Source of the DNA: Octopus vulgaris
Lineage: Eukaryota
Length of the DNA: 64,000 nucleotides
Reading direction: 5' to 3'
Assembly (NCBI GenBank): GCA_951406725.2
Contig: OX597828.1
Coordinates: 1,116,001 to 1,180,000 of the forward strand
In this document: piece after piece, positions 39,638 through 50,994 of the stretch
How positions within the stretch are numbered: the stretch's first letter is position 1
Layout of the letters: each line of letters begins with the position of its first letter
Position numbers and translations under genes: made by a program
Notes under the pieces: model-generated
What the model saw: only the letters and a program-made list of their open reading frames with translations
Told to the model about the DNA's origin: nothing
Database searches by the model: none

Positions 39638-42565
39638 TGTGGTGGAAGGGTAATTGACCAGGCACAGGAAGACCAGATGGGACAGCACGTCAGGAAGCAA
39701 CTGGGTAAGTCTGACTCTAATTTTATGCCGTCTGAGAATGAGGCAAGTTGTGCTGCAAGAAGTAGTGTGAGGGGATCTGAGCTGAAGAGATTGGTTGAGT
39801 CAACACATAACAACTGAATGATCTGGCCACAGTACCCGATTGCACTTCGGTATAAGAGCGACTCTATTTTCATGCCTTCAAACTACAAGCTATTTCGGCA
39901 TGTTGTTACCGGCTGTGATGATATGTCTAAGAAGTATATAGAAAGATTTTTTTTTAATTTTTGTTGCTCTTGTTTTCCCTTTGTTTTTTTTTTTTTGTGA
40001 TGGCCACAAAAATCAAAATCGGTAGTGATGTGTTGAAACCATTCACTGGGGAAGGCAATGTGATGTCCTAAATAAAGAAGGTAAGACTTGTGGCAAGGCT
40101 GCAGGAAATAGATGTGGCTAGCCTAATGCTGTTGTACTTAGAAGGCAGTGTTCTGAATCTGTACTTGGAGATGGATGAAGCAAACCAGGAGAAAGCAGGA
40201 AAAATTGAAGAGTGGCTGAAGGACATGTACATGGTTTTAAAGCCTACAGCAAGCTCAGTAGAGTAAGATGGACCGGCAAGCAGATAGACAACTACATGAG
40301 TGAGATTAGGAGGTTGGTGGGCCTAGCAGTGTTTACTGGAGCAGTGATGAAGCTGACTTTTGTGACCGGCTTCCTCAACCATATCTCTCTACATCTGCAG
40401 GAGATGCCGGACATTGAAACGATGTCGGTAGGAGAGATGTAGTGACAACAGTGACTGCATATACAAACAGGACAAAGAGGTAGACTTGCTTGCTGATGTG
40501 ACATCATCTAGTCCCTTCTGATCCTCCTGTGCTGTCTCTCCTTCTCCCTTCTGGTCAATTACTCTGAAGGAGGTACAGTACTGGGGCTCGGGCTCAAAAG
40601 AGATAAAGCTCATAGGCTTGTGTTTCACAGGAGAAACAAGATCCTGGACCTAAATCAGGATATGAATAGGTGAGGGCTATTCTCAATGTGTAGGAAGCTA
40701 CTTGGTCACGACCCTGTCACAGGATGGCTCCAAAAATGTAGCTATTTCAAAAGTGAGCAGAAGGAGTGAACTGGGGTGATAAAGTGGGAGAGAAGACGAT
40801 GATGATGATGCAAGAGGTCTTGGAGAGAGTGTGAGTGGAAGATCCAGTGAAGGGCAGCTGGTACATGCCTGATACAAAGGAAGTGACTATGTGGTGCATA
40901 GCATTGGGAGTCATGCTGGAAATAGGAGGTGTCAAGATGGAAGACGTTGTGAGGTTTAGGAAGAAGGGTGACTACAACTACATCAATGTAACTGAACTGG
41001 ATGCTTTGTTAAAGAGTGTAAACCTAGCCCTGAGATGGGAATTATGAACTGTTGAGGTCCAGACTGATTCTGCCATAGAATGAGGGTGGGTGGAATCAGC
41101 AATCACCAACTGGAATTGGATTCGTACAAAAGGGGCAGTGGAAATGATGATTAAGCATTGCCTGGGAATCCTGAGGGAGCTAACTGCCAAGTTCAACCTG
41201 GATTTGCATGTGGTTTCATGCCCTTGGAAAAGAATAAGGCAGACATTCTAACCAGAGTAAAAAAGCATTGGTTGGAAACAGCAGAGGATGTTCCAAGTGG
41301 GGTAGCTGTGGTTTGTCAGCTAGAGGGCACAGAACTGAGGAGGATACACAAAATGCACTACATGGGGGTCAACAGGAGGTTGTTTTTTGGCTAGGATGGT
41401 TGACCCCCAATGTCACCAGGGAGAGTGTTCAGAAGATAGTGGGGAACTGCAACAGGTGCCAGTCGATTGATCCAGCCCCAAGTGCACACGAACCAGGAAA
41501 GAATCAGATAGAGGAAGACTGGAAGAAGCTAGCCATTGATGTGACACATTATCAAGGAAAGGTATACCTACCTTTCAAAGGTCAACTGTAGGCCAGGGCA
41601 AATGGCTATATGGAGAGAAATCATGGTAGAGACTGCTGCCAAAGTTGCAAAAGTGCTGAAGGCAGCGTTCTTGGAAAGGGGGCTTGTAGTCAACCTATTG
41701 ATGGACAACAGCACAGTTTTTCATTCAGAGCAGCTGAGAGAGATGCTCAAAAGGTGGAGCACAAGACACTTCTTCAGAGCTGCACACAGACCAGATGGAA
41801 ATGGGATAGTGGAATGGCACCATCATATGATTAAAGCCATGACTGAGAAAGAACGAATCTCCCCTATGGAGGCAGTCTTCTGGTACAACATGTCACTCAG
41901 AGTGGGGCAAGCTGAAGAGTTGTTCTTGCAAAGGGCCATATTCCAGTACAAATGGAGACACCCGAGCATAGTGCCACAGCAGCTAAAGGTAGAAGGGGTT
42001 ACATCTATGCAGGTTGGAGGTGAAGTGTGGGTGAAGCCCCCAAACACTTGGTGCACAGAGCAATGGGAAAAAGGAAAGGTAATCGTGATCAATACATTGA
42101 ATAATGTATCAATGGATGGAATGCCGCATCACATCCTGGATATTTGAAGGGTGACGAAGGGGAGGGAGAAGCCACCCCCATAACCCTACAGACATCTCAA
42201 AGGGAATGTTATACCTCCCACCCACCGAGTGGATGGACAATTATGAAACAAAACAAGGGAGCAGTGATCTTTAGATCAGTGGGGCATGTGGTGGAAAGGT
42301 AACTGACCAGAAGGGAGAAGGAGACACAACACAGGAAGACTGGAAGGGACCAGATGACATCACATCGGTGAGTGACAGGGCAAGTTTGCCTCTTCTTCTA
42401 TGCTGTCTGCAGACAAGACAAGTTGTGCTGCAAAAAGTAGTGTGAAAGGATCCAAGCTGAAGAGATCAGTCGAGTCAACACATTATAACAGGTGAATGAT
42501 CTGGCCACAGTACCTGATCACAACTTGAGGTAAGAGCGGCTCTATTTCCATGCCTTTAAACTACA
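39638..42565 (+). mobile_element. Gypsy-type LTR retrotransposon B (same lineage as A), decayed and rearranged
   Basis: LTRs 39638-39887 and 42287-42565 (TGTGG...CTACA) with perfect TSD TTATT; gag remnant 40000-40440; RNase H remnant (INVTELDALLKSVNLAL); integrase 41340-42147. Confidence 0.9.
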
Positions 42566-42829
42566 TTATTATTGTTATGAGTTTTTCTTCTTTCAATTTT
42601 GTTTTCATTTCTTGCTAAGTGTCTTCCTGACTCCTAAAGCAAAGAAACTCACCATATGCCTTGACAGGCCTTTAAAAACCAAACATACTAGATTGTTCAT
42701 TTTCAAAATGAAATAAAGTCATGTGAAGAAAAAAATTTAAAACACATAGGTGGTAATTGTTCTCTCATCAACAATGTTCTTTTCAATATTCGCATGTTGA
42801 GAAGTGCATTGTCGATGTGAGAACAAACC

Positions 42830-43600
42830 AGCTAAAACAATCTTTTGCACTTCATGCAGGGATGATAAGCAAGGGATGATACTGAAATTATTTTCAGTTC
42901 CTTTTTTGATCATTCCAAGTGCTCCTATAATCGCTGGTATTGTAACCGCCTTGAGATGTCACATTTTTGTCAATTTCTTTTGCCAAGACATTCTGATCAC
43001 AAGGTATACTCATGTCAATCAATAAACAAACTTTATTGTTTTAGATTTTCACAACAAAATATTGTTGTGAAAATCTAAAACAATAAAGTTTGTTTATTGA
43101 TTGACATGAGTATACCTTGCTTATTAGCTGTGATGATTCAGTCTGTAGGTACTGGAAAGTCCTAAAGAATAGTTATATTTTCTCCCTCAGTTACAGCGTC
43201 AGGATGATGATTATACCATTTGTTGGCAGTTTTGATTTTATAATCTCAACATATTAATCAGTGTAGATATTGGCCAACTCTGTCATTTATACTCCACTGA
43301 TACTCAAACTTTACATCCAGAGATTAAGTGGTCTGCTATTTCAATTACATAATTGCAGAATTGGCATTTTGGACGTGCTCCATTTTTCATTATATTGGCT
43401 TGGTAGTTATAGGTCAATAAGCTTTGATCTTAAGCAGCTAAGATAAAGCCTTCACTCTCTGCCTTTAGTCCTGAGCTCCATAGATGGGTGTGCTTCTGGT
43501 CTACATCAGCCTGTTTGCTATAGACCAAATATTTGCCACTTCTCAGCCAATTGCTCATATGTTTTTTCTTTGCAACATTTGCCACACTTTTATTCAACCT
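42830..43600 (-). mobile_element. R4/Dong-clade LINE 3' fragment (decayed)
   Basis: The minus strand gives SSGLKAESEGFILAA, HLISGC, CLLIDMSIP and IIGALGMIKK, homologous to 51107-51920. Confidence 0.78.
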
Positions 43601-43609
43601 GAGTATCAT

Positions 43610-45620
43610 GCATGAGACCAGTAGTCATTTTTTGCTCTTATTTATGACAGAATGAAGCTTCTCTCCCTTCACATCGACTCACAAGCATATACATGGGCAT
43701 TCACCATTGCTGATGTCCATCAGCCTGTTATCAGAGCCTACTGTTATCTTCAAACATACTCACTGCTGGTCAATCTTCAGGGAAAGCGACATATCAACAG
43801 CAATATTTATGCCCCCATTTCTCTGGCAACATCTACACATGCTGACCCATGCATAGCAGCCAACTCTCAGACCGAAAACGAGTTCTCAGACCTGCTTGTG
43901 AACTGCCCAGATCTCACTAGCCTGACATTCTCCAAACCCACAACCCACCATGGAGTGAAACACCACATCCCCACTACCAGCCCTCCAGTACACAGCTGCA
44001 TGCACCATCTACCATTAGAAAAACTTGCTATTGTGAAGTTCAACAATATGGAAGCTTTGGGTATCATTTGTTGATCAAGAAGTCCCTAGTCATTACCTCT
44101 ACAAATGGCACTAAAATTAAACAGGAGTTGGTGATCTTATGGAGATTATCACCATCTCAACACAAACGCAACACTCACCCACTGTCCCATTCCACATATA
44201 CAGTGCTTCTCAGCCCAGATAGCCAGGTGCTCAATTTTCTCAAAGGTCGACCTCATCCCAAATTACCACCAAATACCGGTATGAGATGATGATTTTCTCA
44301 GAACTGTTGTGATCATTACTTTTGGGCTGTACAAATTTCTACATACACCCTTCAACCTGAAAAATGCAGTACAATCCTTCCAATGTGCATGAGTTTAGAT
44401 GTTGTCTTTATGCACCTAGATGACATCTTTAACTCAAGCCAAAATGTAGAACAATGCAAGAAGAACCTATTAACCCTTTTTGATAGACTGGAATAATATG
44501 GTTCGGTAGTCAACCTCATCAAGCATGTCTTTGGTGTTAAGAAAATCGACTTCCTGGGACATTGAATCACACCTACCAGAAAAAGTGAAAGCTATTCTAT
44601 CCTTTCACACCCCACCATGAGAGAGGCTCTGCACCAATTTGTGGGTAAGGTAAACTTTTATCATTTCATCCCTCTTGCAGCAAGTTTGATAAGACTCTTG
44701 TATAAAGTGCTATCAGGAGAAGATTGAAAACAACAGGAGTAGGACAGTGAAATGACTTCAGCCTTCAAATCCACAAAAGAAACTCTTACTAAAGCAATCA
44801 ATGCTTTCCCATCATTCATATGTCAGCATTGGCCACACTCACAGTCAATGCCTCTGACACAGCTGTTGGAGGCATTTTGGAACTATACATCAATGATCAG
44901 CAGTGACTTCTAACCTTCTTCAGATGACAACTACGACCACCTGAAGATAAATCTAACACTTTTGACAGGGAACTACTAGCTACCCATCTAGGTATCCACC
45001 ACTTTCGCTATTTTTTGGAAAGTTGCACTTTCATGGAGTTCACAGACCACAAACCACTCACCTTCACTGAGTAAACTGTCAGAGCCATGGTTTGCACGTC
45101 AGCAGTGACAGTTATCAACTATTTATGGGTACACTACAGACATCCAGCATACATCTGGAAAAAGCAACCCAGTTGCTGATGCACTTTCTAGAGCCCCTAC
45201 CTACTCTGACACCAACATAGTCTCAATAACAGAAGGTCTTGATTACAAGGCTATAGCCATGGCTCAACAAACAGATAATGGGATTAGGCCTACTGCACCA
45301 CAATCATTTCCCTTTCCTTGCAATATGTGCACTTTGGCTTCAACAGAACAACCATACTTTGCAACATATCCACCAGGAGGTCATGACTCATCATCCCATT
45401 AGCCTGATGCCGAAAATATTTTGATGTCATTCGCAGGCTTTCCCACCCAGGTACCAGAGCCACATGGTACCTGATGTCATGCAAATTCGTCTGGTCAAGC
45501 AAATTGGGGAGTGGACCAAAACCTATATCCCCTGCCAACAAGCCAAAATCTATCAGCATACCAAAGCAACTCTTGGCAGCTATGAAACCTCATAGGCCCA
45601 TTTCGGCCACATCAACATTG
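43610..45620 (+). mobile_element. Decayed Gypsy pol remnant of a different lineage
   Basis: FTIADVHQP, HGVKHHIPTT.PPV, HLDDI, DFLGH, ASDTAVGGIL, FDRELLA, FTDHKPL and GKSNPVADALSR fragments; no LTRs seen. Confidence 0.85.
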
Positions 45621-45624
45621 ACCC

Positions 45625-46604
45625 ACCTTGAAGCTGTGTAAATTTTTTGACATCAAAATGAAGCACACAACAGCCAACCAACAGCTTGGTGGGGAGATTT
45701 CACCATTGCTGGAAGGAACCCCTCACAGCCATCCATTCCTGTGTTACTAGAGCCATGCGTGATAGTGCAGAGTCTTACTGAAATATATATGGCCTTCTAT
45801 TGCATACACTGTCTATCCAGGGCGTAACAATTATTTCAAAGACCACAATGTAGGTGGCTGAGCTAACTCTAGGGCCTTGTTGAAAGAAGTAAGGAGGCAT
45901 CACATGTTCTTCATTGCTGAGAACCCCTTAAACCATGACACTTGCAGGAAATTTTATATGCATAACACTTCAATTTCAGAAGGGTCTGCACATAACAATC
46001 TGTCATTTCTGTTAACTTTTTGATCTTGGTTGAAGTTTTTCTTGTTTGAGAAAAACCAAATCAAATCAAATCTTCTGCTGGATTTTTCAGTTTGTTTAAG
46101 AGCCTTTTAGATCTGATGTAGTGATTTTCTTTTGCTTTATCGGATAAATTGACCTTTCCTCGCCATATAAAGACTTACATCTGATGTCTTCATGGACAAC
46201 ATTTCTGACTGTTCCTTCTGACACATGGAGGTCTTTTGCAATTAACCTCATGGACTTTCTAGGATTGTAATCAATTGTCTGTTGAACTTGCTGGATCTGT
46301 GTTCTGATGGTTTCAGAGCATTTAGAATGCTTTTTATGCTTTGATACTGGTGATACGTTTCCATCTTCAGTCTCTAGCTCCTTACAAACTTTGTGCATGA
46401 TAAATGTTGCAACTTTTAAAACTCAAGATATTTCTAAATCGCTATGCTCAGCCTTTATAACCATAATAATAGTATGTCTCTTCATTTCCTGAGTAATATG
46501 CAGGTCTGCCATTGTTATTTTCTGAAACAAAGATTATACAGAGTTAGCAAAAAATGTAGCAATGACCCAAAAATGGTATGTCTTCAAATACCTTACGCAC
46601 CCTG
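45625..46604 (-). mobile_element. Tc1/maT-like transposon remnant
   Basis: ORF 46096..46398 (NPRKSMRLIAKDLHVSEGTVRNVVHED); terminus-like TTACGCACCCTG. Confidence 0.7.
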
Positions 46605-47581
46605 AAATTTGTGAAAAAATTTATCTGCCTTTTTTCATTATTATTATTATTATCATTGAGTGAGAGAGTAGCGTATGCCATCAAAGTGACACTGGGGTAA
46701 AATATACGAAGCCCAATATACCCATCATGACAACCTGTTTGTGATGCAGGTGCACACCAGGCACATGCCTCACAACGATATATGTGCAACATGGTGATCT
46801 CATATCAAGATAAACAGTGCATGACCTTGCAGTGGAGCCCTGTTAGAATTTTCTTCAGATCGAGTAGTACATCCAGCTCAAATGGTTCTTGAATAAGGGG
46901 TGTTTAAGGATGTTGAATGAAATATCCATGTTTCCAGAGGTGAATTATTCAAACCCCAAAGAGTTCATCTCAACACATGGCTATGATGCTCCCATACTAC
47001 TTCTGCTCATGATCAGAGATGCACATATTGTCAGCCACAAAGGGACATGATCAAATGGTTATGGTCAAACAACTGACAAGCAAATCTGTGGTATTGAGCA
47101 GAATATTTGCTATAACCCATTTTTTATACCAAGACAAAACAATGTACATGATAATGCTTCCAATCAGTTAAGATTAGAAGCCATGAGAACCAGTGCCTGG
47201 CACTGCATCAGGGCATTTATTATCTTATTATTATTTTTAAAAATTTTATTTTTGTTTTTATTCAAGTTCAATGTTATTCCTGATAAGATTTATGTGGGTA
47301 GCAAGTTACTACCTGTAACCTTAGGTATCCACAAGTTTACAGTAGTCTTTCAAGTGCTTGGAACCCTCCTGATAATCCTTGCTGTCCCGAAGAGACAAAC
47401 TTACTGCAGGAGCTCTATAGGGCATTCTACTCCAAATTCCTTCAACCATTTATCTATACCTTTCCTTACCAATTATTATTATAGGCATGACCATTACAGT
47501 TTTCATACTCCAAATTCTTCCTATTTCAAATTTTAAGGGATTATGTCTTTTACAGTTCTATATTTCAGAAATGAGGAATTA

Positions 47582-48850
47582 TGAGGGGCGTTCAATAAGT
47601 AATGCCCCTAACCCACTTCCCATAGCAGTAGAGCAACGACACTTGGCACAGTTATTAGTCTTTTCCTACATAGGAACTACCCAGAGTTATGCATTTCTCC
47701 CAATCGTTTGATACAGCTCTGGAGACCGTTTTTGTAGAAGACCCCAGCTTGGTCCTCCAACTACGACGTGGCTTCAGAAATCAAGGCTGCATCATCTGGG
47801 AAACACTTTCCTTTCAAAATCAACTTCATGGCTGGGAAGAGGTGAAAATCAGAGGGTGCAAGGGGAGGAGTTCATAGCTGCACGCCTGTGCTTCTGATCT
47901 GGTGACACGCGAGTTGTGGACCAGAGCGTTGTCCTGCAGGAGGAGGATGCCTTTGCTGATCTTGCCCCGCCTCTTGATTTTGATAGCTTCTCTTAATTTC
48001 CTCAAAAGTGAAGCATAATAGGCTCCTGTAATTGTGGTACCCTTTGCCAGGAAATCTGTCATCACTACTCCGTCCTGGTCCCAGAAGACTGTGAGCATAA
48101 CCTTGTCAGCGGAGGGCTGCACCCTTGCCTTCTTTGGAGGAAGTGAGTCACGGTGCTTTCACTGCATTGACTGGGCTTTGGTCTATGGATCATAGTGATG
48201 GACCCAGGTTTTATCCTGTGTGATCAGTCTTTTGAAAAATTTTGACTCATCTTCTTGGCACATCTCCAAATTCATCCTCGAGCACTCAACGCGTTCTTGC
48301 TTCTGGAAAGGTGTGAGCAACCTGGAAATCCATCTGGCAGACACCTTTTGCATATGCAAATGGTCATGAATGATAGTTTCCACAGACCTGGTACTAATCT
48401 TGACCTTATGGGCTATTTGGCAAATAGTTATGCGTTGACCTTCCAAAATGGCAGCCTCAACTTGACGGACAGACGTCTCATCAACGGCAGAAGGGGGCGA
48501 CCAGATCTGGGAGCTGTTTCCACAGAGTTCCGACTATGTTTGAATTCACAATGCCAGCGTTTTACAAGGTCATATGATGGGGCATCATCACCATAAGTTA
48601 CTTTCACTTCATCAAGTCTCCCGTGGTGTGCGTCCTTTCAAATACAAAAACCAGATCACTGCTCAACGCTCAACAGGCTCCATTTCACACTTGACTCAGT
48701 TCAAACACCTGTAAATCAGAAACCACAATTAGTTCAGAGCTGTAATCCGCCACTTAATCTATAGAGGTATAAATAAGTGCACATGCAAAATTTCAGCTAG
48801 ATCAAACAACTGCAAGTGGGTCAGGGGCATTATTTATTGAACGCCCCTCG
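47582..48850 (-). mobile_element. Full-length, decayed mariner element
   Basis: TIRs GAGGGGCGTTCAATAAGTAATGCCCCT / AGGGGCATTATTTATTGAACGCCCCTCG with TA TSD; ITQDKTWVHHYDP, KVMLTVFWD and LLQDNA motifs. Confidence 0.93.
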
Positions 48851-48997
48851 TATGTACATTATTTACATTTGATGGATATTTGTCCTCATCTTGTTTCAGC
48901 AGATATACCGTCCAGCCTTTATCAGGTGTTTTGGGGAAATTTCAAACCTGAGTTCTCATTCCTAAGGTATTTTTCGATGTTATTGTTATTATTATTA

Positions 48998-50590
48998 GGA
49001 GACCTCCAGGCAATATCTTCAAGAAAGGATGCCACTGGGAGTTCCTCTATGCTGACAACCTTGCTCTAATTGCTGAGTCAGTATCACAACTAGAGGAGAA
49101 GTTTCAAGTGTGGAAACTAGGATTAGAATCAACCTAGCAAAAACCAAAGTCCTAATAAGTAGGAAGGCAGGCAAACCACAAATCCCTTCAGGTAGATGGC
49201 CCTGCTCGATCTGTAGAAAAGGCATAGGTAGAAACTCTATAAGATGTATCCAGTGTAAGCTATGGACACACAAGAGGTGCAGTAATATCAAGGGAAGGCT
49301 AACTGGGAAGAAAGTTTTTCTATGTGGCAGATGAACAGGAGCGATAAACACTGAAAATGCACAGAGACCAACTTCCGCCACATTCCAGGGAGAAAAACTA
49401 GAAGTAGTTGATAGCTTCCATTACCTAGGTGACCAAGTCAGTAGCAGAGGAGGGTGTGCTGAAAATGTAGCTGCTAAAATAAGAATAGCTTGAGCAAAGT
49501 TCAGAGAGCTCTTACCCCTGTTGGTGACAAAGGGCCTCCCGCTCAGAGTAAAAGGTAGACTGTATGATGCATGTGTATGAACAGCCATGCTACACGGCAG
49601 TGAAACATGGGCCGTGACTGCTGAGGACATGCGTAAGCTCGCAAGGAATGAAACCAGTATGCTCCAATGGATGTGTAATGTCTGTGTGCATACTCGACAG
49701 AGTGTAAGTACCTTGAGAGAAAAGTTGGACCTAAGAAGCATTAGATGTGGTGTGCAAGAGAGACGACTGCGCTGGTATGGTCATGTGGCGAAAATGAATG
49801 AGGATAGCTGTGTGAAAAAGTGCCACACCCTAGCTGTGATGAGGTGGTGAAGCACAACCTTCGAACATTAGGCCTCACCAAGGAAATGACTAGCAACCGA
49901 GAGTTTTGGAAATATGCTGTGCATGAGAAGACCTGGCAAGCCAAATGAGGCCATAACCTGTGACCTATGCCAAGAGCATAACCAGCCCGCTTATGCCTAC
50001 CTTTTTCTTCTTTGGTCACTAAACTCTGCTTGCGAAGACTAGTTGAGGCAAGTGAAATCAAAATCAATTTGATGACTGGCATCCGTGCTAGCAGGGTGCA
50101 AAGAGCACCATACAAGTGTGATCGTTGACAGAGCAGCTAACCGGCTTCCATGCCAGTGGCACGTAAAAGGACACCATTCGAGTATGATCATTACCAGCGT
50201 CGCCTTACTGGCACTTGTGCCTGTGCCAGTAGGGTGCCAAGAGCACCATCCGAGCGTGATCGTTGCCAGAGCAGCCAACTGGCTTCTGTACCTGTGGCAC
50301 GTAAAAGGGCACCACTCGAGCATGATCGTTACCAACGTTGCTTCACTGTGCCGGTGGCATGTGTAAAAAGATTCAAGCGAGGTCATTGCCAGTACCGCCT
50401 GACTGGCTCCCGTGCCAGTGGTACATAAAAAAGCACCCATTACACTCTCAGAGTGGTTGGCGTTAGGAAGGGCATCCAGCTGTAGAAACTCTGCCAGATC
50501 AAGGTTGGAGCCTGGTTCGCCAGACCTCAGTCAAAATCGTCCAACCCATGCTAGCATGGAAAGCGGACGTTAAACGATGATGATGATGAT
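48998..50590 (+). mobile_element. RTE copy, 5'-truncated, with expanded 3'UTR module array
   Basis: ORFs 49110..49334 and 49587..49850 match the RTE at 7750-8630; (GAT)n tail. Confidence 0.93.
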
Positions 50591-50710
50591 TATTATTATT
50601 CAAGTCACTGCCTGGAATCGAACTCGGAATCTTGGGGTTAGTAGCTTATGCTCTTAACCACTATGCCATATGCCTGCGGGAATGAGAACCCAGGTTCAAA
50701 ATTTCCCCAA

Positions 50711-50756
50711 GACACCTGATGAAGGCTGGAGGGTATATCAGCTGAAACGTTGTGTT
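50711..50756 (+). ncRNA. Minimal type I hammerhead ribozyme motif
   Basis: GACAC-CUGAUGA-a GGCUGG agggtata UCAGCU-GAAAC GUU-GUGUU. Stems I and II pair; stem III is the palindrome AACGUU. Confidence 0.82.
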
Positions 50757-50994
50757 AACAATAACAAACAAGATGAGGACAAATATCTATCAAATGTAAA
50801 TAATGATTATGTTTTTTGTTTTGCATCCTCTTTCTTTTCAATCCTGGAATCAAAAAGGTATGAGGGGTTGATTAGTAAGCGACTTCACTTTTCCTTATCT
50901 ATAATTGTTATGTCCGGTCTATTGTTTTGTAACTACTTGTCCGTTTAAATAGGAAAGGCCCACAAAATCTTACAATATTGTTGTTATCATTACT

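Larger units (their letters stand above)
48857..50806 (-). mobile_element. tRNA-headed, hammerhead-tailed SINE-like element with inverted terminal duplication, split by an RTE insertion
   Basis: tRNA-like head at 50603-50675 (minus), (TAA)n linker, body at 48857-48997 (minus); inverted copy of the body at 50679-50806 (plus). Confidence 0.72.

Noticed and set aside
50603-50675. Functional tRNA gene
   Set aside because: A and B boxes are present, but the acceptor and anticodon stems pair poorly; better explained as a SINE head.
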